Assembly: GCA_048213135.1 (NCBI GenBank)
Contig: PS015021.1
Coordinates: 1-44,743, forward strand
Length of the DNA stretch: 44,743 nt
DNA from: Reclinomonas americana ATCC 50394
Lineage: Eukaryota
Direction: 5' to 3'
Shown: positions 23,115-37,000 of the stretch, piece by piece
Layout: every line of letters begins with the position of its first letter
Position numbering within the stretch: position 1 is the first letter of the stretch
The notes under the pieces: model-generated
The model's database searches: none
Seen by the model: the letters and a program-made list of their open reading frames with translations, nothing else
Told to the model about the DNA's origin: nothing
Position numbers and translations under genes: made by a program

Positions 23115-23832
23115 CCATTCGAAAAAATCAACACGCCATGGAGCAGAGCTCTGGTTCGCCGCCTTCTTACGCTTTCTCCTTGTCTCTACTAGACACATAG
23201 AACCACCGTGCGCAAAAGAGATAGACTCAGAACGTATGGAGGGTGTCCGATGGCCGGCCATTTGCCTCCCACTCACTCTTTCTCTCTCACTCACTCTGTC
23301 TCTCACTCATTCTGTGTGTGTGTGTGTGCACATGCACTGCACTTGCACTCTCCCACTGCGTGTGCGTGTGCAACTGCATCTCACGCGCCCGATATGTTTG
23401 ATATGTCACTCACACGTGCCTTGTCTGACTCTTTCACGCGCACGACACTCTCTCTCTCTCTGTGCGCGAAAGAGACACACACGCACACGAGCAGAGTGTG
23501 TGAGAGAGAAAGCGAGAGAGAAAAGAGCAAATGAGTGAGAGAGGCGCGCGTGTAAATTGACACTCGGGCGCTCTCTCGCTCTCACGTACACGCACACACG
23601 CGCACACGCGCACAACCATGCTCTCTCACACGCACGCGCACACACAGCGAGAGAGAGACACACACACATTGACACGAGAAACCGTTGATTGTTGACACTC
23701 ATCACTCACTCATCAATACACACACGCGCACACGCAGAGCTCTTCCCCGTTCACCGGCTTCCGCTGCGAAGACGGCAGTGGACGTTGAACCCACTCACCG
23801 GCAACGATAACGGCGGGAATGAGTCACCAGCC

Positions 23833-26800
23833 ATGATGATGCGACCGGCGTCTGTGATGACCATGCAAGAGATTGGGAGTGTCGCTGCGCCTCCACCGCC
23901 TCTGCAGCCGTCGTCGTCAATGTTTGGGAGAGGAGCTGTTGGTGGCTCGATTGGTGTATTGGCGGCACCGTCTGCGCCGCATGGGCATAGCACAACGCGT
24001 CCGTCGTCGACCATGTCGCATCGGCCGTTTGAGAGACCGCATGTGACGACGCTGCCGTTTGCGCATTTGCCGCAGAATGGACCGCCGCCGGATGCGTCGT
24101 CGGTGAGCTGCGAGTGGGGAAGAGGAAAGGGGGGGAGGGGAAGAGGGGAAGGAGAATGAGAGGGAGATAGTGACTGCTGGTGGTGGATTCGTCTGTGTGT
24201 GTGTGTGTGTGTGTGTCTCTCTCTCTCTCTCTCTCTCTCTGTCTGTCTGTCTCTGTCTCTCTCTGTCTCTCTCTCTCTCTCTCTTTCTTTCTCTCGTCAG
24301 GAGGAGCTGGAGAGCGTCTAGAGACATTGAGGGTCGAAATGCCTGCTTTACTCTGCCCTGCGTTCTCCATCCGGAAGGCACTCTCGTTCTCCCCTTCGTG
24401 GTTCCGAGTTCTGCTCGTTCTCCTTCATCTTTTAGAGCACACTCTGGCATCGCTCGGTGAAGGTGTACAAGGCATGCGGTGGCTGGGCGGTCGATCTCGC
24501 CTGCCACACCGGTGGCAACATCTTTATCCTGTCGGCCGTCGCGCCCTCAGATCTGTCAATGAGATGCATGGGCGAGGTCACTCTTTTGCTGCATTGTGTG
24601 TTTCCGAGTCTCCACTCGGTTGTCCTACATCCTGTTTCTCGCGCGAGAGAAGTACGTGAGAATGCACAATGGCAAGTCTGCGTGTTTCCGATCTGTCGCT
24701 CATTTCCAGGCTCTTCTCGTGTTATGGAGATCAGCCGTTCTCTTCTTCCTCCGATTCTCGGATGTAGATACTCGTTTTCTTCACGTCTGTTCCGGGTTGT
24801 ATTACGCATGTGACACGTGAGCCCGCTGTGTGCACCTTCTTGCACACATGTCAATCCCTCTCCATTTGAAATCTCCTTTCCCTCGCTGAATAATTTCGAT
24901 CTTTTTCTCCCTGCCCTTTATTTGCTTACCCCCTTTCCCCTTGCAGAGCGTCATGGGCTACAACGCCGACCTCCCTCCCCTCCCTGGCGTCCTTCGCCCC
25001 AATGGCGGTGTCGGCACTCACCACATGTTGGAGGACGTGGACTACGACGCCGGTGTGGTCAGCGAGGTGCCGACTCACGGCGATGCGTCGACCATGTCGA
25101 GACGCACGGTGGTGACGCCGCTGGAGAGGAGACTCGGCGGCCCGTTTACGCGTCCCACCAATGCCGGTGTGCACGCTCTGGCACGTCGCAATGCGGCCAA
25201 TGCACACAATCTGGCCACTGACATTGGCGCACCCGGGTGGCCGCCACATGCGCGTGCCATTAGCGCGCTGGGCACGCGGGCCGACGACACGTTTGAGGAC
25301 AGTGCGTTTGGGTCGCCGACGCCGCGCGAACGCATGCATTTGCGTCGTGCAGTGGAGGACGGCCGGACCGCGTCGCCGCTGCCCGCCGTCACGCACAACG
25401 GCAACAACACTTCGATGCACGTGAGCAGCGACAGCGGAGTGAGTGCCGCGCTCAACAACAACGAGGCCGGCAGCCCCATGTCCATGGCCTTGGTGCCTCT
25501 CTCGCCGCCACAGCACCAGCACCAGCNNNNNNNNNNNNNNNNNNNNNNNNNNNNNNNNNNNNNNNNNNNNNNNNNNNNNNNNNNNNNNNNNNNNNNNNNN
25601 NNNNNNNNNNNNNNNNNNNNNNNNNNNNNNNNNNNNNNNNNNNNNNNNNNNNNNNNNNNNNNNNACCAGCACCAGCAGCACTCGCCAGGTGGCCCGCCGC
25701 CACAACCCCCGCCACTCCCACCACTGCCGCACCTGCTGCTGGGCGGCGGCAACTCGCCATCGAACGGCCCGCAGCTCATTCCACAGGCACCGTCGCCGCT
25801 GCATCGTGACCCGAGTGGCGACGGGTCGGGTGTGGTGCTGCAGTCGTCGGGCGCGGTGGCTCCACTCGGCACTGTGAACTCACAGCCGTCCCGATCGCTC
25901 TCCAAGACGAAGAGTCGCTTCGCCAAGGCGTTCTCCAACGCCTGTGGCCGCAATGTGTGGAACCGGCGCACAACCTTGTGGATTGTGGCCGGTTTCCACG
26001 TTGTATTGTTCTATTTGATAGCGGGCATGGTATTCAAGCTTTCGCCCCTTGTATTCTCCAAGAGCACCAACCTCGGTACCACGACTGTCACTCGTGAGTA
26101 GGGGGTTGCGGGAGGTAGTCTCTCTTGTTTTCTTCGATGTCGCCTCATTCATTTTGTGTTGTGCGCAGAGTTGTCGGGGTCCACTATTATTGCCACCACC
26201 ACGGTCACGGCGCCGTCGGTGAATGTGCAGTCCAACACCACTGACGCCGAGCTGGCCATGCTGTCGTCAAGAACGGCTCGGTTGACATTAGCCGGTGGCT
26301 CGTCGGCGGCGGGCTTTGCCTTGTCCACTGACGACTCGCGACATCTCTCACTGGAGCGCGACGGCGAACAGTTGCTGCTGTTTATGCCGAGTGTGGACAG
26401 TCTCAATCGCCGACGGTTTGCTCCCCGCGTGTGTTTTTGCCACTCCACTGTGGATTGTATCTGACGGGGTTGTCCCCCTGCAGATTGTTCCAAACGAGCG
26501 AGAATCGCACCATGGTCCGCATCGTACCGACCACGGTGCAATTTGGCGACAGCTCTGTCGCTGACGTGTCGCTGACTCGCGTGTCGTCCATCGCCTCTGG
26601 CGGTCTCACCACAATCTCCGGACAGAGTAGCGTTGCGTGTGGGCGGTGCTGCTTATTTATATGCTGAGATGTACTGATTGTTGTGGATCGGCGCAGTCCA
26701 CGGCCGTGGGCGGCCACTCTGTTCTCACTGGCGGCAGTGGCATCACTGGAGGCGATGCTCGTGTCATCGGCGGCGGCGGATCCGGCAGTTGCGTGTTACC

Positions 26801-27313
26801 TATTCCTCTTCTATGCTCCCTCCGCCAATGCATTATCCTGTCTCTTAACCTTCTCTCTTCACCAGCTTCCATTGGCGGCAATGTTCTGCTGCATGCTGGC
26901 AATGCGGCGTCGACGGTGCAAGCGGGCATTGTACAGGCCTACGGTCGAGCGTTCCAGATCCGACCGGCAGGCACCGGTGCCGACACGGCGTCGGGCGAGT
27001 TGCAGATCGGCATTCGCGCCGACATGTCCAAGTACTTTGCGATTCGCGCCTCGGACGAGAAGCTGTCGTTTGTGAATCAGCAGGGCAACACCATCTTCTC
27101 GTTCCCCGCCACCGGCTCCTTCACCTTTGACAACTCGGTCAGCTTCGGCAACGAGATTTTGGTGTCGGCCACCGACAATGATGCGCACTTTACGGCGCGC
27201 ACCACGCTGGCCAGTTGCGTTGATCGAAAATCCGGGCTCTCTTGTGTGTCACTTTCGCTGGATCTTTCCTTACCACTTTCCTCACCACTTTCCTCTCCGT
27301 CGCATTTCTTCGC

Positions 27314-27348
<35 letters not shown>

Positions 27349-27944
27349 ACTCGACGACCGACACGACGAGAGAACGAGGGGAAGTAGGNNNNNNNNNNNN
27401 NNNNNNNNNNNNNNNNNNNNNNNNNNNNNNNNNNNNNNNNNNNNNNNNNNNNNNNNNNNNNNNNNNNNNNNNNNNNNNNNNNNNNNNNNNNNNNNNNNNN
27501 NNNNNNNNNNNNNNNNNNNNNNNNNNNNNNNNNNNNNNNNNNNNNNNNNNNNNNNNNNNNNNNNNNNNNNNNNNNNNNNNNNNNNNNNNNNNNNNNNNNN
27601 NNNNNNNNNNNNNNNNNNNNNNNNNNNNNNNNNNNNNNNNNNNNNNNNNNNNNNNNNNNNNNNNNNNNNNNNNNNNNNNNNNNNNNNNNNNNNNNNNNNN
27701 NNNNNNNNNNNNNNNNNNNNNNNNNNNNNNNNNNNNNNNNNNNNNNNNNNNNNNNNNNNNNNNNNNNNNNNNNNNNNNNNNNNNNNNNNNNNNNNNNNNN
27801 NNNNNNNNNNNNNNNNNNNNNNNNNNNNNNGTCCGCCGACCACCGCGTCGCGTACGTCGTTCGGTCGTACGTACGTAACGTAACCGTCGTCTCTTGTGTG
27901 TCTCTTCTCTCGTCGTCGTCGTCGTCGTCGTCTCTCTCTCGTCT

Positions 27945-28003
<59 letters not shown>

Positions 28004-31000
28004 CTTTCTCTTTTTTTTCTCACATCTCTCTCCCTGTGGCGTTGTGCAGCCGCATCATCTCGCCTGGACCTGTCCGTCACAACGCACACGGCCACACTCA
28101 ATCTTAGCTCAAGCATTGGTCGCCTGCAACTGGCCACCAATGATTTGCCGATTGAGATTGCCGCCGGCAGCTCCACGGTCAAGGTACAGTGTGTTGCTTT
28201 CCCTCGCACATCGGGCCTGTCAGCTGTTCTCACCTACTCGCCGCGCGTAGATCTTGTCGCCGGTGGAGTTGACGACCATCAACACACCGTCGTCGAACAC
28301 GGTGTCGCCGCTGAGTCTATCGCCGACTTCCAATATAATATCTGTCGGTAGTTCGTCAGCCGACCTCACCATCAAGCGTCCCGACCGGATCGACAATGTC
28401 ACCGGCTCGCTGACTCGAATTGTGGGCCAGCAATCCAACGGAACCACGGGCGGCGCAGTGTGCGTGCTTCTTTCTTTTGGTTCCCCCACATATCCATTCC
28501 ATCCCTCATATTTCTTTCGTATTCTTGCAGTCGCATTGAGGGTGGTTCGGGATCGGTTACCCGCGGCGCTGTGCAGATCGCCACCGCCAACCCGGGACCC
28601 GTGGTCATTGGAACCACTGGTGGCTCTCTGCAGGTGGACAGTCCGACTGTGTTCTCGCAGGCCGTGACGCTGGGTGGCTCGGTCTCCTTTAGCTCCCAGC
28701 TGGATCTGGGCAGTGGTCAGTTGTTCGCCTCGGCCGCAAGTGCGCTGGTTCTTGGCAGCACCACGCAGGTTTAACGCAATGCTCCCGTGTCCGATGCGCC
28801 CCCAAATGCTGCGTTGCCTGACTCCCGTGCGCAATGTGTGTGTGTATGTGCAGAGTCTGTTTGTCATTCGGCGACCGGACCAGACGAGTACTGCGGGCCT
28901 GGATCTGCAGATCCGTGCAGGCCGCGGCTCCACTCCTGGTGCCGTCACCGTCGGCAGCACCACCGACACCTCCAATGTCACCGTCACCTCGGCGTCGAGC
29001 ACGACCATTGACTCGGTGGCCACACTCACCATTGGCGCCACGGCGACCACAGTGACAGTTGGTCGAGCGAGCGGCACTGTCGCCGTACAGGGATCGCTCT
29101 CTGCCGCCGTCTCGGTCATCTCGCCGCTGATCACCACCGCCAACAGCTCGCTGGCGTTGCAGGCCGGTAATAATCGACTGGAACTCGGCACTCCCACCGC
29201 CGCCTTCACCGTGACACGACCGGTGTACACGGGCACTGGTGTGGCGTCTGGCCTCACTCTGGCTGGTCAGGACTTTTCGACAGGAACCGGCGGCAGTCTG
29301 TTGCGTGCGCAGAGATGAGGGGATAGAAGAGGGCGTACTATTGCTCATGCTCTAACGTTGATGTGCCTCCCTTCCTGACCCCCGCTCTCTTCTGTCCGCG
29401 CTGATCACATCCTCCTCAGCGATATCAATGGCGGCGCGGGAACAACGAACGGCACTGTGTACATTGGCCGCTCGACGACCTCCAGCTTGCAACTTAGCGC
29501 ACCCACCGTGGCCGCCGCCGCCTTTACTGCGCAATCGACGGCCAACTTTTCTGGTGACGTCAACGTTGCTGGTCCCACGTCTCGCGTCTTGGCGTTCGGA
29601 AACGTGTTGCAGGTTGGCGGCACTGATTCGACGACGTTCACCATTACGAGGCCGTCGACTGTGGGCACGGATGCCGTGGCCGGCAGCATTCGCATTTCGG
29701 CGGGCATTGGAACCGGCGTCAACGCCGTCTCCGGCTCGGTGATTATCGGCTCCAACACCACCGCCACGGTGTCGCTTACCGGCGTCAACGTATCGCTGTC
29801 GCCAACCAGCGTGCTGTCGCTGGGCACTGGCGGTACCACCGCGAGCATCCTGCTCGGCCACGCTCTCACACCCGTCACTGTGCAGGGAGCGGTATGTGTG
29901 CTCATCTTTGTCCTGTTGACTTGTGGTATCCCTCGCCTCACTGTTGTGTGTGTGCTTGCCTCGCGCAGTTCACCGCCTCATCGACATTTAGCGTAAATGG
30001 AGATTTGCTGCTGAGTGGAGCCGTACGGTCGCCATCCACCGATCTGTTCTTGCGCTCGTCCACTCGTCGCGTGCAATTGGGAGCATCGTCGGAAATCGGC
30101 GACTACATTCTCTCGCGCCCTGCTCTGTCGTCGGGTGCCGGCAACGACATTCGCCTGCTGGGTCAGGATACAACGGCGGGCTTTACTGCCGGTTCTGTGT
30201 TGCGTAATCGCTGGCCTTCTCCTCTTCGTCCTCCCCCCACTTGCCTCACTTTTTCGCTCCTCGCAGCTACGTGGATGCGGGTGCGGGCTCGGGTTCTGCG
30301 GGCAACGTGTACATTGCCACGACCACGGCGGCTGCCGTGCGCATCGGTCGCGCCACTGGTGGCACCTTCCTCGATTCGTCCACGGTGACGTTCAGTGGCG
30401 ACCTTGCTCTGTCGTCCTCGTCGCGTTTCCTGGCTGCTGGGGCGGCCACTGCGGTTTTCTTTGGCCCCACGGACAGCTCCGAATTCCAGCTGGCGCGTCC
30501 GACGCGCACCACACCGAACGCCACGGGCGGCGACTTGCGCATCCAGGGCGGTCTCGGTACAGGCTCTGGTCTTGCCGGCAAGGTGCATGTCGGTGGCGCC
30601 AGCAAGGCCTCCCCGCAGGTGAACATTGAGGCGCAGGCCATTACGGTGGACAGCGGTTCCACACTCGGTTTGCTGGGCACCAATGTCAACATTGGCTCCT
30701 CAACATCCACTGTGACCATTAACGGAATTGTTGAGTGGCTCCCCCCTCCGCCTCTCCGTGTCATTCTTGGCTCGCAGTCACTGACCTGTATCATTATTGT
30801 TGTTCATGTGTGCAGTTGAATGTGGTGAATGGCCTGCAGTTCAGCGGCACACAGCTGGTGGCCAACACGATTGTGTCGGTGTCGCCGTCCAACAACCTGA
30901 CTCTGCGGCCGACGAGCAATATTCTCGTACTCGGTGGCGATGCGGGAATCGTCATTGGCCGCCCACAAAACTCTGGCGCCAGCGGCACTACCACGCAGTA

Positions 31001-34000
31001 CCAGGGACAGCAGGGCACCGGTTCACTGGCCGGAGGCGATATCCTCTTCGACGCTGGCGCCGGCCCCTCAGTTCCTCTGGAAGGCTACGTGCTCATTGGC
31101 ACGCAGGCCGGCCGTGAGGTGTGGATTGGCAAGTCGGCGAGCAGCCGTGTGCTGGTGCAGTCGGCGGCGCTTGAGCTGTCTGGTGTGCTGCGAGTGGCCT
31201 CCACGCAGTCCATCACGACCTCGCCCACCGGTGCCACCATGACGCTCCCGTTCGGCGAGCCCGACAACTCCACTTTCCGACTGCAGCGTCGCACGGCGGG
31301 TTTGGCGGCTGCCGGCTCCATGGCTGTGGTGAGTGGGCGAGCGACACACATACCACAAGCAACACCCAAGCTCCCTCGCATCTCTCTCACACACTTTATC
31401 TCGCCACTTGCAGCTTGGCGCACAGAGCACGGGTGCCACTGGTGGTAATCTGCTGGTCGCTGGCGGCGACGGCATCACCACTGGCGGTTCGTTGACATTG
31501 CGTGGCGGTGCCGACACTACCGGCAACTACACTGGTGGCGTCACAATCGGCACCGTGGACACGACTCCACTCGCCGTGCAGTCGCGTGTGCTCACCATGG
31601 ATTCCGTGACGTCAATGGCCATTGGCGGCTCATCCACCGGCGCCGTTACCATCGGCAACGCCTCGAACTCGCTCACTGTTGGCTCTGTGGTGCGTGGGCG
31701 CGTACTCTTATCTGTATAAGAAGAAGAAAAATGACACTCACCTCACTGTGTTTTTTGCTTGGACAGGCGACGTTTTCGCGCGCCGTGACCATGAACAATG
31801 CACTGACCGTTACTGGCGCCGTCAGCATGAGCTCCACGCTGGCGGTGACTGGTTTGCTCGATGCTACGGGCGGCGTGCGTACCGGGTCGGTGGTGTCGCA
31901 GGCTGGCGACGTGACCATCCGTCCCGCCAGCAACATTGTCACTCTTGGTGGCTCCACGGCTTTCACGCTGACGCGACCCGGTCAAACGGCCGCTGCGACT
32001 TCTGGCACCGATTGGTTCATCACTGGGCAGTCGGCCGTCGACGGCAACGGTGGCAATGTGTTGCGTACCTGTTCCCACACCACGTTTCGTTCTTTCTCGC
32101 TGTGTGTTGCTTACGGAATGCATTCGTTCCTCGCAGCATCATTGATGGCGGGTCGGCGAGTCTCACAGCGGGTCAGACACGACTCGGCACAGTGCGCGGC
32201 GATGTGGTGATTGGGCGCGCCGGCAGTGCCCTGACAGTGTCGGCGGCCACCACCACTGTCACCAATGCGCTGGTGGTTGGCACATTGTCGACGACAACCA
32301 CCGCCTCCATCGGCACCGACTTGACGGTTGTCGGCTCGGTTCTGTCGCCCGCGCAGACACTGACTTTTGGCGACACGACCACGGCGGCGTTTACCATTAA
32401 GCGGCGCGATCGAGTTGGAACCGGCTCTGATCTGTTGATCGAGGCCGGCCAGAACACAACGGGCGGCACTGACGGCAATGTCGTCATTGGTGCGGCGACG
32501 TACCGCACCAATCGTGTGACTGCGCAAGCCAAGTCAGTGGTTCTGGACTCGAGCGGCACGATTTCGGTCACTGCGTCGGGCGGCAATGTCAGCGTGCAGT
32601 CCACCGGCGCCAACGCATTTGAGGTGCAGCTGGGCACCTCGGGCAAGATCACGCGAGTCATGGGCGATGTTGCGTTGGCTGTGTCATCTCTCTCCTTGTT
32701 TTCAATTTGCTCATGGCGCGCACCTCAGTTCTACGTCATGGGCACCGCCAACTTCGGCTCCTCGCTTCTGCTGCTGAACACACTCTCGGCCACGACGCTG
32801 ACTGCCCTCACGCTGGCGTCGCCAACGGGCCAACCGCTGAACATTCAGCCCGACACGAGCGTGATCAATCTGACTGGCGCAGCCGGTGTCAGCTACGTCG
32901 TTCAGCGCACGGCACGTGCGACAGGTTCCGGTGATGCGCTGCGCTTCTTTGGACAGAGCACGGCCGAAATCAACCGCAGTGGCGGCGATGTGTGAGTAGT
33001 TGAGAGAGAGGGAGGAGACGTGTGAAAGGGGATTCTTTGGTGGCTGACGTCCTGTTTTTTCTCTGTTCACCCCATAGGTATATCGACGCTGGTTCGCCGG
33101 GAGGTGGCACCGGAACAGAGGGCAACATCTTTGTCGGCACTTCGGCGTCGCGTACGGTGAGTCATGCACGGTCTCTCTCGTAGTCACAGTGCGCTCCATT
33201 TCCGTAGTTTCCTGACGTCCCGTTTCCCACAGATTACGGTTGGCAAGGCCGCCACAGCTGCCCTCTTCTTGACCGCCGTGCAGACCAATGTCACCGGCCC
33301 ACTCAACGCGCAGTCCACGTTGACGGTGCGCGGAACCCATGTCTATCTATGTGTGTGGGGACAAAGTTGCTGATTACCAGTGCCTGCAGGTCACGGGCAC
33401 CACGCTGCACAATGGCGCCACCACTTTTGCGGCTCCGCTGACGGCTGCGACCGACACTTTGGAGTTGCAGGGCACGCCAAGCGCTTCGACATCGTTGTTG
33501 ATTCTGCGCACCGTTGATCGCGCACTCGCCAGGTGCGTCAGAGTATGTGGAGTCCCTTGTGCGGAAGAGAGGAATCATCGTTCTCATCGAAACGACGAAC
33601 ACAGTGCGGCCATGAATCTGCGCGTGGCACCGGGAACCGGCACTGGCAGCACGCTGTTCCTCGGTGCGACCTCCAAGCAGACAACTCTCGTGCAGGTCGA
33701 AGGCACCACCGTGTCGCTGGTTTCGGCCAGTGTCACGATTGATGGCACCAACATTGGCATTGGCACCGTGGACACGACACTGACCTCGATTCAGATGGCT
33801 CGCGCCGGCAAGCCCACCAATGTGCTTGGCTCGGTGAGTAGCCGCAAACTCACTGTCTCCTCCTGCCTGTTAAGTCCTCTTGCCCGCTGCTCACTCATCA
33901 CACTTGCCATGGGCGCAGCTGACCGTGGCCGAGACGGCGACAGTGACCACGGAAGTGGTGACGCCGCAGCTCCGGAGTGCCTCGGCCAACCTCAACATCA

Positions 34001-37000
34001 GTTCGACCAACAACAGCGTGGTGTTTATCGGCACCTCCCCGTCGCCGTACACCATTTCGCCGGTGACGGTGGCTGGTACCACGCAGTCGCTGGTTCTCGC
34101 CGGTCAGCCTTCGACCGGCGGCACTGGTGGTGGAGTGTTGCGTGCCTGCCTTGTTTTGATCGTTCATCGTCTCTCCTTGTCCTGCTGTCGCTCATGGTTT
34201 GTCAATGCGTGAACAGGGAGATTCGAGGCGGCGCAGGCAACCCGACCGGCGGCACTGTGACCATTGGCTCCACGCCGACCTCCAACATCGCAGTCGGCAA
34301 CGCCTCAGCCGCAATCGCCATTACTGCCACAACCGCCAATATGACGGGCGTGTTGCAGCTGGTCGGCTCCTCCTCGTCGCTCGTCAGCTCAGACAACATT
34401 CTGCGTCTGGGCAAGCAGTCGACCGATTTGATTGTGCGCCATGCCTCGGTGTGGACTGGCCCCGGCACGCCCCCAGTCATTACGTTCTTGTCGGCGCAAC
34501 ACGACAATGGCGCGGGAACAGTGACCGGAGGTGCCATGGTGATTTCGACGGGTTCTGGAGCGCGCGGCGCTGTTGCGTTTACTTGGCGATTCTCTGCTGC
34601 GTTTTCTTCTTGCATCTCTGTGTGTCCTGACTCGCACCCCCCACAGTTGACTCTGCAAGCCGCCGCGACTACCGTCAACAGCAGCTCTACAATTGCCATC
34701 ACCAGTACCACGACCACGACAATCACCGCCACTACGGCACTGTCGCTGATCGGCACTGCGTCTGCCGCCATTGATTCCACTACGGGAGTTGCGTCCAGCG
34801 ATCGGAGACTCTCTCCTCATTTATCCTTTCTGTGTGTGAACCTCACTTCTTCGTGCCACTTAATCAGGCTGTCGACATTGGCTCACTCTCCACCGCCGTC
34901 AACATTGGCGGCCCCATGGCCACCACCACCACCATTCGCAACCTGTTCCTCGGTCAGCTGGCATCTCGTTTTGCCAGCACGCTGCAAGTGGACCTGGAGG
35001 CCACACTGACTGGCGGAGCGCGCACCACGGTTGTGCGCTCTGCCACCACGCTGCTGCTGTCTGTCGGCAACGCACTGACCATTGATCCCGGCATTGCTGT
35101 CGGCTCGGTAGAGGCGCGCATCTCACTCGGCAACAACGGCGCCTCGCTGCCCTTTATCATGGAACGAGTGGCGCAACCGTCGGGTGCCACCAGTGGCTCC
35201 GACACGTACCTCCGCGGCCAGTCGACCGCCGGTTCCACTGGCGGGCGGCTGCTGCTTGATGCTGGCACGGGAGGCACCACTGCTGGCGACATTTGGATTG
35301 GTGGCAACACCGTGAATCAGGTGCGCATCGGCACAACTACGTCGAGTACGCTGGTCCAGTCGGCGCTGTCGACGTTCTCTGGCAATGTCGATTTCCAGTC
35401 GGCGAAGATTCTGAGTTTCCGCGGCGCCTCGGCCACGGCCGTACTGCATGACGACATGAGTGTCGGCTTGACGATTCAGCGGCCAGATCGCACCACCATT
35501 GCGCCGGGCGCCAGCATGTCAATTCGTGCCGGCGCTGGTCTCGGTGGCAGCACTCCTGGTTCACTCTTCCTGGGCCACCTGACGCTCAATCAGGACGCCA
35601 CTCTGCGTGCATCCAACTCTGTGGACATCAACACCAATGGCTCGCTGACACTCGGCACGTCGGCCACTGGCACCATCAACATTGGCGACCCAGCGTCTAC
35701 GTCCACCCTCGGTCTGCTCAAACTGAGCGCGGCCACGCTGCAGATTCTGATTGGCACGCTCGGCGGCGCTGGCTCCACGACGTTTGTGACGCCGAGTCTC
35801 GCTCTGACGACCAACACGTCGTCGATTACCACCTCGGTGTTGACGCTTGCCGCCTCCACGTCCATGACTGCAACGGGTGGCGCGTACTCGTTCTCTGCCG
35901 TGTCGTCGTTCTCCGCCACTCCCACCGGTGCCATGACGCTCGGCACCACGACCTCACCCACGTTTACGATGCGTGGTGTTGTGCTGGACGCTGCTTTCGG
36001 CACGTCGTCGACCCTGGCGGCGCCGACGATGACCTTTGGCACGAGCGGCTCGATCACCACCACCTCCATCACGATGAATATGAGCACGCTGTTGTCGGTG
36101 AGCACGCAGACGCTGACGGTCAGCGCGCCGACTGCCGTGTCGTTTGGCGCGTCGTTGACGCCGGTCGCCACCATGAGTGCCTTCTCGACCGCCTACAGCG
36201 TCACCAGTGGCAACTCGGCCTCGTTCCTTGTCGGCACGGGCGTCAACCAGCTGGGTTTCACCATGACTGCTGGCGCGCCGGGTGCCATTCGTCTGTATCG
36301 CGGCACGTCGCCCACATGCGAGATGAACCTCAACAACGACCCGAGTTTCCCCATGTCGCTGGCGTGCACCGCCATTGACGTGTACGGTTCGTCGGCAGTA
36401 CGCATGGACGGTACCAGTATCAACATTGGTCGTCGTGTGGACGGTCTCGGCAATTCGCTCACCTCCAACATTTATGTTGGCAACTCGGGCGCCCTCACCA
36501 TCACCCTCGATGCTGGCCAGCTGACACTCACCTCGCGCAACGTCGGCGCCACCAACACGTTCACGTTGCCGATTTGGTCGGTGGTGTCCAACTCGGCGAC
36601 CATCGCTGCGAGCACTTCGTACACGTTGACCACGTGAGTGTTCTCCATCTCTCCCCCTTTCTGTTGTCCCCCGTATCTGACTGTGCATTGTCACGCAGCG
36701 GCGCCATGAGCGTTACGTCCACGTCGTCGACCATCACGTCGCCGACATGGACACTGACTGCCAGCACTGCGGTCAACATGGGTGTGGCGTCGTCCACGGA
36801 TTTCACGTTCCTCGGCAAGTCGTTTGTCGCCACTGTGCAAGTTTCGTACATGTTCCCCTGCGTGCTGGGTGCTGCTGCTGTTCGCCGTTTCTCACACGCA
36901 CGTCGCAGAACCAAGTGCAAATGACGGGTGCCACGTTTGCTTTCGGCACCACCGCGGCCACCACCTCCATCAGTCTTACTACGGCCGCCTCCACGGTGGC

